From the NCBI RefSeq assembly GCF_002105155.1, contig NW_019028979.1, forward strand, positions 62,001 through 126,000: 64,000 nucleotides of DNA. The letters run 5' to 3'. Each line of letters starts with the position of its first letter. Within the stretch, counting starts at the first letter, position 1. The notes under the pieces were generated by a model that did not search any database, was not told the origin of the DNA, and saw only the letters and a program-made list of their open reading frames with translations. The position numbers were made by a program, and so were the translations under genes. Origin of the DNA: Lobosporangium transversale. Its lineage: Eukaryota. This document shows positions 52,456 to 64,000 of this stretch, one piece after another.

Positions 52456-52797
52456 TGGCTCAATAATGGGCAATACAACTCGACCTCTCTGACAGCAGAT
52501 GGAGTATTTAAAGTCCTGATTTTGCTTCTTATTACTTCGTTCCTCTTTCCACACTTTCGCCTGACAATCTGGACATTTTATCATCCGATCAAGGTGATGT
52601 CTGTGATTTTTAATACTGTTGCCTCTGATTAGATTTTCATTAAAAGGTCGCCTAGCAATGAAAGGTCGCCTAGCAATAGGAACTTGTACTGGAAGTGGAG
52701 GTCGTGGTGGGGGATGATAAGGCTCAAATTCATATTCTTCCTCGCGGTTACTTCTGTTCAGGTTAATGTTCTCATTACGTGAATTTTGCACCTCCAT
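52456..52797 (-). pseudogene. N-terminal fragment of Helitron RepHel (Cys-rich knuckle)
   Basis: CPDCQAKVWKEE...SICCQRGRVVLP, fused out of frame to the helicase tail. Confidence 0.85.
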
Positions 52798-54951
52798 GTC
52801 ACGCTCACTTTGATTTTGAAAAATTGAAAAAAAATATTTATTTAATTATTAGTTCAGCTTTTCCTACACTTGTATCCTACATCCTACATATACTTATCCA
52901 TTCCTCTGTTGCTCTGTCGTGTTGTCTTGTCATATTGTCATATATGTTCTGCATTTTCCAATTATCACTTATACTCACTTATCAATGACGGGGATAATAT
53001 TCTCAGGACAATTTTCCATATGTCCATGTATTCTTGGACGATTACATGTCTTACATCTGTTGAAAAGACACTCATTACTATTTGATCGTTCATGCGTAAC
53101 TTCAACTAATTCTCCACGACGCGCATATTCTTTAACGCATTGGTTGCAAACCATTGTTGAAGTAAGGGAATAAGGGAAAGGGTAATGAATGAGGGAATGA
53201 AAGGGGAGGAGGAGGAAATAAAATCCGATCTTAATCCCAAATTGTCTGAAAAAAAATTTCTAAACGTGATATATCAAAAAAGGTAGCGGCTATAGTATAT
53301 TAGAGATATGACTTGGTGCCAATTTCTTGGGCTCTTCGAATACAATACTTCTTCCTTAGCCACTTAGTATTGCTAAGACCTACTTTATCCTCCAGGTGAC
53401 CTGGAAAAAGCTATAGTCTGACTATTAACAGAAGGCCTTTTATACCGTTTATGGGCAAAGTAGAAAAGGACCAAGAGTTTACAGTTCGAGGTCGGTACTG
53501 TCCTTTTGTAAATCCTCTTCATGATTTAAGCAAAAGTTGCGCCAATATTCTATCTTAGTTCATAATGAACCCATTTTCGAGCCAAAATCGATAAATGGCA
53601 TTGGGCTTGTGATAAATTCCAGGGAAACCTCCCATCACTGATTTGGACATTGACATTTTTTTATTTTATGTAGCTCCTGTCTCAACTTCTGTTGGACTGT
53701 TAGTGCATAACTAGTATAGTCTATAATATTACCGAGCTTTACGGCACTACAAACCCTTGAACGCTGGTTCTCTGAGCTATGATAGCGCTCTGGATCCAAC
53801 ATTGCTGTCATGCTTCTCGGAAGCGAATCTGATCTGCGGCGTCCCTGGGTAATTGAAGCTATGGAGGAAGTAGTAACTACAATCAGCGATTAGAAATAGT
53901 TTCAGTATCTTTTGTTTTTTTTACCAAGATCGAAGCTTTTTGTCTTTCTTTTTGCCTTTATGTGTGTCTAAACTATGGGTTTCTCTTGTCGTTGGAAGAA
54001 ATATATGGAAAAGTGTAGTTTGCCGTTCTTGGAGTCTTGAGCCCAACGACGTTGTGGCAATAATCTCAAGCCATTTGCGCACTAACATTAGCAGGCAGCG
54101 AACTGGAAGTCAGATCAAGGCTAGAATCTGGTCCCAATGCTAGAAGACATAGTTGGCAATCATGAAGGGCGTTGATAGCCTACTTTATAGGCACAGCCAC
54201 CATTTTCTGTACAGCCACAACCCTTATCAAGACGCATCCATACCCAAAACTTTGTTATCTCTACGGGTGGATAGTATCGAAACTAGAGAAGAGAGTCGCA
54301 GGCATCACTAGTGAAGAATCGCAGCCGATATGTGGCTCGGCCACTTACAGGACCTGAATCAATGAAGAAATAAACCTAGGAATATCGCGTGTTTGATTGC
54401 AATTGATCCACTCCATCCTTTCTATTTAAAGTATATGTTAGATGGGTTTGTAATAAAAGCTCCAGGTCATTCGGGGCACTCTTTCTCTTCCTGCCTAACA
54501 GATAGGCTGATTTTATCTAGACCAGATTAATTGCTAGTCTATCCTATTGATGATGTTTTTGAATCTCATGAACATCGTCATCGTTTAATGCTATGCTGGC
54601 ATGCAGACTGTCTTGGTTTTATGTTAAAAAAGGTACTTGTCAACGCTGGAACAAAAATATGTGAAAATAATTATTCATCGGTCATGAATGACATAAAAAG
54701 CCATGTTCCCGCCTTTTTTTTCTTTTTTTTTTTTACAATTTTAATCTCTTATGTGGCACCATACCTCCCCAACCTTGCTGCACATTCCTTTTCTTTAAAT
54801 CCCATATTTACCCATCTGTAACTACGTCCTTTAATATTCTCTCTTCTGTATTTACCTCATTTACACTTTGTGAACTTGATTACCTGTTTAGACTTGTTCT
54901 ATCCCTTAATCAAATCAAAACATATCAATTCACACATCATAAAAAGCTATT

Positions 54952-56398
54952 ATGCCTAAACTTCGTGTTTCCGTTGGTGGATCATACACAGACCTTTCTG
55001 TTATCAATTGTAACGATGAACTTCATCCCATCGAGTTTGACGCCCCAGAGTTCAAAGGACGAGCCATGATCCGTATCAAAGACTTTGGTGAGTGAAGAAA
55101 AAAGAGAGCGGAGGGAAAAAAAGAAGCACAGCTATACAATACACAAACCTGCTGTGCAATAATGGCATTCTCAAATACGATTTTTGCATTGTCATTTATC
55201 AATATCTTTTTGTTCTCTGTTCGTGGTTGGCGGCAGTCGGGATCACCAACGATGGCTCAGAGCCTATTTTGAATTCTGACTACTTCAAAGGACGTAATCG
55301 CAAGTTCTCCATTCAGGTAACTAGCTGAGACAATTGCACAGCACAAGCCTAAGGAAAAAAAAAAAAAAAAAAAAAATGCTTTGTCTTTGGGGTCCTATTC
55401 AGTCTCTTCGACTAATACCACATTTCCTCTTTCCTTCCCTCAATGTTGATATTCTGGTCTGACAAAAAAAATCTTAGGTTGAAGGGCGATTTAAGCGTGA
55501 ATGGGATGGTGAGCAGGTTTATTTCGGAACAGATTTTGATCGATCAGTTGAACTCCCTAGCAGCTTCGAAGCCATGTTCAAGATTGCACATTACATTGAT
55601 CCCGTTGTTCGGACGTCGCTTTCAGGAGAAGGCAAACCATGGATTCTCAGCCCGCTTGTCTCTTCCATCAATGTCATGACTGCATGGAGGCCGCAGGATG
55701 TTTATCTATCCTCATTTTCTTTGATCTCACGTCACCATCAACAAGAAATGGCGGAAGGATCACATTTGAGTGAACGGAACTCTATGTGGGGTTTTCTGGG
55801 CAAATTGAAGAAGAGTAATCACAGCTCTGTGGCTGCTAGTGTTAATAGCCATACTTCCAACGATGTCTACGGTAGTCAAGCCAGCTCTGCCAGTAGTTCG
55901 ACAGAGCACCTTGATATTCTGAACAATGCTGACAGCCACCATAACAACCATCATCACCTTTATACAGAAGTCCTGGGTTCACCACCTCCCGTCTCATCTT
56001 TACCAGCTCCTACCAATAACTCTGGATTGTCCATTCCTCTATCCAGGCCCGCCAATGAGGAGTTTGATGAAACAGACATGCCCCTTGGCCAATGGCGACC
56101 GTATCTGGAGGAAAACACATCGTTTTTCATGCCTAACAAGCCCAGCATGAGTACAGCTCAGCGTCGCAAGTATTTTCGGTCGGAAGAAGCACGGAAACGC
56201 TTTGTATTTAAACCAGAGCTTGTTCATGGATTTGAGTTCTATAGTCCGCACATGAATTTCAATAAGTTTGAGATCAATATGGGCTTGCGAATGAATATCC
56301 AAAGATATTTGCTTGGTCAGCCCGTTCGATATACATGTAGGACTTTGGATGGCAACACTGTTTTCTGGGCTGTTCAGTTTGAACTTGTGGATGAGTAA
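54952..56398 (+). CDS. DUF1769-like protein. Exons 54952-55087, 55238-55316, 55478-56398
   Basis: LRVSVG, FKGRAMIRIKDF, YFKGRNRKFSIQVEGRFK, YFGTDFD, KPWILSPL, RRKYF and GQPVRY. Confidence 0.82.
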
Positions 56399-57090
56399 GT
56401 TTAAGTATTCTTCTTTACTGCCATCTCTACAAAGAATTATGGGGTCACAATAAACGTAAAGAAAGAAAGAAAGAAAAAAAGGCTCTCCTCTCTTGTGTGT
56501 TCCGAGGATTCATGAGAAATATATATATAATATATATATGTATACTCCAGTTTCCATTCCTTTGGGAGCAGTTTGTGTCCATGTCGGTTTAAACACCCAT
56601 CGGGTCGGCAATGTCGATGTTAATTGACTAGAGCTACTGCCACTATAAGTGGATGCCTAATAAAGAAAAAGAAGGGAAAGAAGTACTGTAAAATAAGTCG
56701 TTCTATCCCTTTGATGGCTTACTGGCTGGTAAAAGCTGTTGAAACGCCCACCGAAAACAAAAAAGGGTTGGGTTTGTTTGTGGACCCCCTTGCCCACAGA
56801 CACAATCGCAGCGAAAACAAATGCGGTTGTTGTTCATCAGCAGGCAGTGTCAACAGACCTTTGGATCATATGCGCGTTCACTTCACAAAAAAATGTCTGT
56901 ACCCTCTTTTTGTGTGCCCTCTGTGCAGGAAAGCATGACCAAAATTGTATTGATTCTCACTCTTCTGTAATAATCTTTTTTTCTCTATTGTTTGTATTGT
57001 TTGGCACTCTCGCATTTTCCCCTCTCTCTCAACCCTCACTCACGCAGCTCTCGTATAAAAAGCTTTCATTAGAAATTGAATCTCATTGCC

Positions 57091-59029
57091 ATGGACATTC
57101 TCTCACGCGTACCCTTTGAAATTGCATATCAGATTCTCAGCAAACTCGACATTCAGGACGTCGCCACATGCCAACGAGTAAAGTTCACTTTGACCGTTTG
57201 GAAGTTTTTTTTTTTTTTTTTTTTTTTTTTCTCTCTCTCTAACGCTGAGGTTGTCTTTATCTTGTTTATTTCTCAATACTTTTTCATTTTTCATTATCGC
57301 TTCTACTTTCTCTATCATATATCTTTAATTTAGGTTTCTCGGGAATGGTATTGGATTGCTACAGATCAATCTATCTGGAGAAATGTGTTTTTGGAGCATG
57401 AACGTGAATTTGCCATCCCCACGAAGCCAGTTTCCACATCTTCATTTTCAATACCAACATTGGATACAATAAACTATACCGAGTCATCGGTATCATCATT
57501 AACAACAACAGTAGAAGTATCAGAGTCAAAATATCAGGGACAGAATCATAAATCAATGCCAGCGATGAAGGACTGGAAACAAGAGTGTCGTAACCGAATT
57601 ATATCAGATCGGAATTGGAATAACGGCCATATTCAATCTCTTTTCACGCTCAAAGTTCATCGAGGGGGTATTGTTCGTCTACGCATTAAAGGCGGGAAGC
57701 TCTTGTCAGGCGACATGTTTGGACAGGTTGCCGTCTGGAATACAACTACATACGATTGTGAAGATCTCATAGACGCTGCAGTAGGCCCTATTCAACTCTT
57801 GGACTTTAGTCCAGCACGCATGATCATGACGGTTGTTTCCAAGTCTGGGTAGGCATAAAATTTATGAGTTTGTGTCTGAAAAAGGAGCAGAATGTTGGGC
57901 GAATTACCAAATGTGCATGACTGCTGTTTACTTGACCCATTATGTCATAAAAAGGGACAGTATATCCCACAGAAAAATTATTTAAACTTACCTGTCATCT
58001 CTAACTTTCTTTCGGCATGAAATAGTATATGTCGGATCTGGGATCTGAAAACGAAGGCGTTGATCCACAGCTCATCTGCAATCGACGTGACGTGTATGAC
58101 TATGAATGACGAGTATTTGGTTCTGGGGAACAGATTTTCTGAGGTCCAAATTGTCGACTTCACAACAGGGCATATTTTGAAAACTATAGAGCCACTTGCA
58201 GGAGAAACTGTAAGAGTTGGAGATGCAGATCAGTATGGTGATTGTAAAGATGTTTAAATAACGTATATCATCCTAATTCTGTTGTTACTTTTTATTTTTA
58301 TATATATCATTTTCACTTTAGCTTCAAGACATTTACATTCAAAATGACACCCTAATCGTGGTGACAGGGCATCTCATTCGTATACTCTCCATTAATACTC
58401 TCGAGGTGCTACTATCAAGCCCGCTTCCGATCTCAAAAAATATTCGCACTTTCTGTAGCGTATTTCATATCCGGTCGCTCATCATCCTGGCGGACAAACA
58501 TCTTTTGCATTTGGAATGGGAGCCATTATATAGGTCACCCAACAGCAAGTTTCAAATCGATACCCAATGCGAACTACCACCAGATCTATCTAAAACACCT
58601 AAAATTCATAAAACACGCATACCACCAATCTCAACTATTACCTCGATTGCCATTGGCGGTAAACACCCTCATGTCCTAACTACTAATGCTGACCGAACAT
58701 CCTTAAATGGTACTATCCGTGTGTGCCCGACGTCATGGCGATCTAGGGCTATACAGCAGCAACAAGAACAACAGCGACAAATTGATCTCGAGGCAAGCAA
58801 TCATGTGGATGTAACATCAGTTGACCCACCAGAGATTATTGGTGAAGGCTCAGAAGTGATGACGACAGAAGATTCTGGAATAGTATTAACAAGTCAAATA
58901 GATGAAATCACTCAGTATCTTGAAACCTGTGGACTCAAGCCATCCTTTATGGATGTGGACGAGGATGTGATTGTAATAGGCACGAGTAAAGGTGACATAG
59001 TCGTTCTGAGTATGGCGCCAGCAGAGTAA
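57091..59029 (+). CDS. F-box/WD40-like protein. Exons approx 57091-57177, 57334-57848, 58026-58210, 58322-59029
   Basis: F-box DILSRVPFEIAYQILSKLD...VSREW, linker DRNWNNG, and WD-like repeats (LLSGDMFGQVAVWN, CRIWD, IVIGTSKGDI). Confidence 0.85.
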
Positions 59030-59115
59030 TCCGATAAACATATCAATACAGCAGCTCTTGAATACTCTCTAAAGGCGAGACGTGTTGATTTAAGTGTTAT
59101 TTATTTTATAAGCTT

Positions 59116-60225
59116 CTAAGCTCGACTTCGAGTAAATCTTGTAGAAGTTTTGGAAGACGTCGAATCAATTGTCTTGATTTTTTTTGCAGACGAGTCTGCG
59201 GCAGCATCTTCTTTTGTTTGTTTAACAGTAGATGGTGTTTCTTCCCCCGTCCCTGCCTTCCGCTTATTACCAGCGCTCTTGCTCTCGCTTTTAACAGTGG
59301 GAGTTTTGTTCTTCTTGTCTTCTTTTGTTATTCGAGAATCAGATTCAAGTTGAGATCTAGATATAAATGGTTTAACCTTTCGTTCAATACTATACTTATC
59401 CAGCATATAGTCAGTCCAAAGTGCTTTTTCAACCAAGTGTGGTGAATGAACTGTGGTGGATCCCATATGTCTCAACTGCGTTGCCTTTTCAATCACTTTG
59501 TTGGCAAATTTGATATAATAAGGGATGGTATAGACTATTGTCCCAAGACCTGGTACAGAGTCCATGGTTTCATCCGTCATGAAAGGCACCTTCTCTGGTG
59601 CCCCTGCACATAAAATGGCTAAATACATTTTTTCAAGAGAAAAAAAAAAAAAAAAAAAAAAAAAGGTCCAGGTCAACGGGTATGAATATGAAGTTTATTT
59701 TCATGCCTTCAATTATAAAATAAAGACACGTGTCTACTGATATGTATACGTTACCTGATGCTGTGGCAGGGCCGACGCCCTTGAGCTCGGCCATCTTTGT
59801 GATAGCAGCCTTCAAGTCTGAATTGACAAGTGCAAAAGCTTCTAGACTGATTCGTTTTACATCTGTATCAACGTTTGAAGCAGCAAGCTTCGCAAGACTT
59901 GGACGAAATTTTCCCCTCTGAAAAACAATACAAGTGGATGCGATAAATACACGTAAAGCTCAGATCACGTATTTTTTTTAGAGCCAAATCATGTCGAAAT
60001 GATTCAAACCTTGAGTTTCCATGACATGAGCTGACAAAGTTCCTTTGAAGTGATGAATGGTTTAGGACTTCGTTTGTTGAGGAGTGTGGGTAAGGTGGTT
60101 TGATACCATTGATCGAGTTCAAGTAACGAATCGTCCTTTTTATTAGCAACGTGGTGCTCAAGTGCCTCTGGGTATTGACCAAGTACTGCCTCCCAGACGG
60201 CGATGTCAGTTGACTCAAATAGCAT
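59116..60225 (-). CDS. Uncharacterised helix-hairpin-helix (HhH-GPD-like) protein with a basic tail. Exons 60225-60010, 59917-59755, 59618-59116
   Basis: LLELDQW, ELCQLMSWKLKRGKFRPSL, HhH motif LKGVGPATASAIL and PFMTDE. The start codon is uncertain. Confidence 0.78.
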
Positions 60226-62677
60226 AAAGGGAAATGGAGGAGAATGATGCAAGATGAGAGAACGAAATCGCGGGAAAGAAAAAAAAAAAAGACAAATTTA
60301 AAAACGCATACAAATAAGCCCTTTGGGCTCACCTGAACAGAGTTTTTAGAAACGCTCACCAATGTTGGAGCCAAGAGCCACGTGGCATATTGTTCGGGCT
60401 GAGTCTCTGACACAATGAGAGTCTCATTGTGATGTTGGATTGCCTGGTGGAGAGCACAGGGACGAGTTACAAGCTGGGAGATCATAACGCGCCAGGTTTA
60501 ATAAACGATATGATCAATTTGGTGGAGTCTCCAAAAGGAAAAAAAAAAAAAGGCCTGACATAATGTTTCAAAAGATCAAAGACATGGTTAATGAAAACAA
60601 GCAGTTTCCCTTTGTGCCAAGTTTCCCTACTTATTCCTTTCTTGGTGTCCAAGCACGCTTTCATTGACAGGATTGCCATGTGGCTATGAATGGATCCGAC
60701 ACTTTCTTAAAGGTGCTCAGGAGCAAGACGATCTTTGTCGTTTCTTAACAGTAAAAGGAGCATCACACACAAAAGATAAACAAAGTAAAAAATTGTGTTA
60801 TTGAGTTGATATCAATTACATATATATCACACACCTTGTGCGTATGCCCCCGTTCTATGATCGGGACACCGTGCGGATGGGTTCCCCTCTCTTTTTTTTT
60901 TAACCTTCGGCGCTGCTTTATACATGTACATTTATATGTATATTTATTATACTTTATATTTTATATTTTTATTGTTCCCTGCCCATCCTATCGGGCTCCT
61001 CCATCTTTTGTCTTTTGCCAAATAACAAACAACAATAATTTACAGAAAAAAAATGGTAGAAGGGTCTACGCAGATGGACTGAAGAATTGAGCAATTCATG
61101 TATACTGTACATCCTGCATTTACAAACGCGAGCGGAGCATGTGTCTACGGACTATAATAAAGAAAAGTCAGATGGTGAATACCCAAAAATCCAATTCGGA
61201 GACAAATATGACATGAATTGAGGTATATTTTTACACATTTGTCTTTTCATAAACCTTTACTCTGGGAGGACAATCAGACAGGTCTACCGGTTAGACCCCA
61301 TCCCAGTCCCTCATTTCATTCAAACATTCAAAATTCATTATTTTACATCTCATCAATCGCATATTCACTTCTGCATGCACATACACTCTTCCTCTCTTTC
61401 TCCCTCTCTCTCTCGCATTCATATTATTATCCATTTCACACACACAATTATATCGTTTTCACATTTCACACACACACTCTTTCTCTTCTATCTCTCTCTT
61501 TTAATAATAAGTAACATTGTACTCTCAAATTAGCCAAAAAAAAAAAAAAAAAAAAAAAAAATCAAACTCAACACTGCCACCTGTCCACGTTTTTCCTTCT
61601 TTTCCTTCCCCTTTGACACTGTAACCTCTTTATTCTCTTATTGTATAATTCGCCTGTATCAAGAGCTACAAGTCCGAAAGTAAGTGAGTAAACAATAGAT
61701 TTGAACCATTTTCTTTCTCTCTCTCCTTTTCTTCTTTCCTCTCTTCGATGTCGGAATTGAGATGTACTATTCTGTGGCGAGATAATAATGAAAAACGGGA
61801 GAGGAGAGACGAGGATGGGTGAATATGAGAACATGACTGAACAGCAGGGTAACACTTGGCAACATCATCGTCAGTAGTAGCATCAGTGATTGCAATAGCA
61901 ATAGCAAGAGCAAGAGCAATAGCACCAGCATCAGCATCAACATCGGCACCAACAATATCTATAAAATGCTTGTTTTAATTGCATTTTCACCATCTTGCAA
62001 CATTTGAGCACGCTTTTATCTGTCTGAGAATACAAAGAGTCTAATTTCATACTACAGGTCCATCTCATATTATTAAAACGCCCTTTAAATGAAAAAAATA
62101 CAAACCCAAAAAAAGCTCTGGAAATTAAAGAACATCAGCAATAAACAACAATAACAACAAAAAAGGACCACACCACATAGTCTACTGGACAAATGTATAC
62201 AATTCATTTGCAATACATTCATAGACTGTCCCGCAACACCCAATTGCATCAACATGCTCTTTTTCAATTTTGTGCGTTGCGTGTGTGTTTGTGTGTTTGT
62301 GAGTGAATGAATGAATGTACATGTACATGTGTGTTTTGGTGAGTGTGCATGGCCTCGTTCTCCTTTTCCCCTTCCCCTGTGGTTAAATGTCCAGAATAAA
62401 CTCAAGACTCCTTCCCTCCACCCCCTACAATTGTAGGAAAAAAAAAGAGAGTAGAATAACTCTTTGTTCACACAACGGCTTCTCTCTTTCCGCAGAGAAA
62501 CTGATTTCTTCCTTTCCTTTTTTTTTTTTATCACAGGGTGTGTATCCATGTATGTGTTAGATTGTGAAAGAGTGAGATCAGATCATTTCATTTCAATGTC
62601 GTTGAGCAATTCAGAATTGACATTACTGCTCCATCCTTCTTTCTCTTTTTCTACTACAATCATTGTTCTTGCCTCAC

Positions 62678-62712
<35 letters not shown>

Positions 62713-63038
62713 CAATATTTCGTTGCTATTGTCCTTCACATTGCTTGTGTATCTCCTTTTTTTTTTTTTTTTTTTTTTTTTCTAGTTTAACTTACTCTTT
62801 CTTTCTATCAACCTCTTTCTCTCATCTCACAAAAACCACTTTTTCTTTTTTTGTCATCATTGCTCTTGACTCTTAGCACTCAATTCTCATCGATCGCATC
62901 GCTGAAGTCCTTTCAGGACAATCAGTCCAATCCTTGCCGAAGAGGAAAAAAAAAAGTTTAACAATCAAACCAACAACCCAAACGCCCTCCTATCTATTTT
63001 GAGTACAAAAGTAGCCTGGCTTCACAACTGAACACATC

Positions 63039-63384
63039 ATGGAGCTGGAATATCAGGTCTTGCTCATCGATCCTTCTGCTCTCGATACCCCTCATCACCC
63101 ATCCAGCCCATCATCAAGAACCTCGATCACTAGCCGTACCGAGACTCTGAGCAATGCATCTTCTAATTCTTTTTCATCCTCAACATCCTCTTCAACAATT
63201 TCAACCATCGCTTCAAGCGCCTCTACAACTTCTTCATTGCTCTTCTCTACAGCTCGAAAGAATCAAAGGTTGCCACGTTCAAAATCGAAATCAGCACCAA
63301 CAACACCTCGCTCTCGGTCAGAATCCAGGTTCAATGATGGTACCTCGCAGCTATCGTCGATACTGCGTCTTACAGGATTAAAAG
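63039..63384 (+). CDS. First coding exon of a gene that continues beyond the window; product unknown
   Basis: ATG after a long CT-rich leader, a Ser-rich ORF, and a plausible donor AAG|GTAATA at 63384/63385. Confidence 0.5.
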
Positions 63385-64000
63385 GTAATACCGGAGACCA
63401 ATTGACCTTGAATGGTTCATTTTTGTAGGGAGAACAGAGAGCAAAATAGTAAAAGATGGATAGCACTGGCTGTAGTATGAAAAAAACGTGCAGGTGCCTA
63501 TTTTCATTCATATTATTCTTGCAACCTGAATTTCTTTCCTTTACTCCCATCCCTTCAAACCTTTACTCCTCTTTTCATGTTTGTTTGGTACATGTGTTCC
63601 CCTTTCCTTTTGTAGATTTTTTTTTTGGTCAGTACATCTGTGACATTGACAGACCACAGCAGCGCTGAGATGAAACGTCTATTAGGACTGTAGCTCCAAG
63701 GCTTGCACAGACATGAAAACATTGCTCTTTCGGCTGCTATACCCTTCAAGGATAATGAATCAAAGACGGGGATGATTGATTACAGAGGATAGGAGGATAT
63801 GAAGCATCTTGCAAATCAGTATTTTTATTGATTGCTTGCTCGAATCAACCCTTTCTTTGTTCCTATTTACCTCCACCCGAGTTCATATCCTGAGACTTTT
63901 TTACACCTCCTTTTTTGTTCCTTCTCCCTGGGCTTCCTGGAGTTATTGAAAGGATGGTTTCCTGAGCCCATGTTAAGAAGCTATTTTTCTGTTAATCTGT

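Larger units (their letters stand above)
51891..53306 (-). mobile_element. Non-autonomous, internally deleted Helitron (about 1416 bp)
   Basis: On the minus strand the 5' end is A|TCTCTAATATAC (53306). The 3' end has hairpin CCTGTGC-ATC-GCACGGG (51917-51901) then CTAG|T (51891). It contains the N-terminal Zn-knuckle and C-terminal Pif1 fragments. Confidence 0.9.

Noticed and set aside
59868..60485. 205-aa minus-strand ORF
   Set aside because: An alternative frame running through intron and UTR of the HhH gene.

Overview
Eukaryotic, intron-rich, AT-rich fungal DNA with GT-AG introns and very long A/T homopolymers. The gene content (MCM8, a Muted/BLOC1S5-like gene, a phafin-like PH-FYVE gene) points to an early-diverging fungus, probably Mortierellaceae (inference). 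I reconstructed about 20 protein genes by splicing by eye: a single-pass receptor-like protein, an AIG1-type GTPase, a GUP1-type MBOAT, a PH+FYVE protein, an unknown protein, RNase H2A, MCM8, an AYR1-like SDR, a frameshifted CreA/Mig1-like C2H2 gene, an NmrA-like protein, a Muted-like protein, CCR4, Serinc/TMS1, an F-box/LRR protein, a promethin/LDAF1-like protein, an HbrB/Bit61 protein, a DUF1769-like protein, an F-box/WD40 protein, an HhH protein and one gene truncated by the window end. Two transposons have definable ends: a full-length Tc1/mariner element (DD35E spacing, TA target duplication) and a 1.4 kb internally deleted Helitron. The most notable unexplained signals are stacked Tc1-excision-footprint-like motifs, a dense cluster of CreA-type sites downstream of the CreA-like gene, a 75-bp RNH201-MCM8 junction with a TAATG-overlapping uORF, and intronic U-run/A-run pairs at splice sites. 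I see no clear-cut novel multi-gene system. Family calls come from motif recognition, not database searches.
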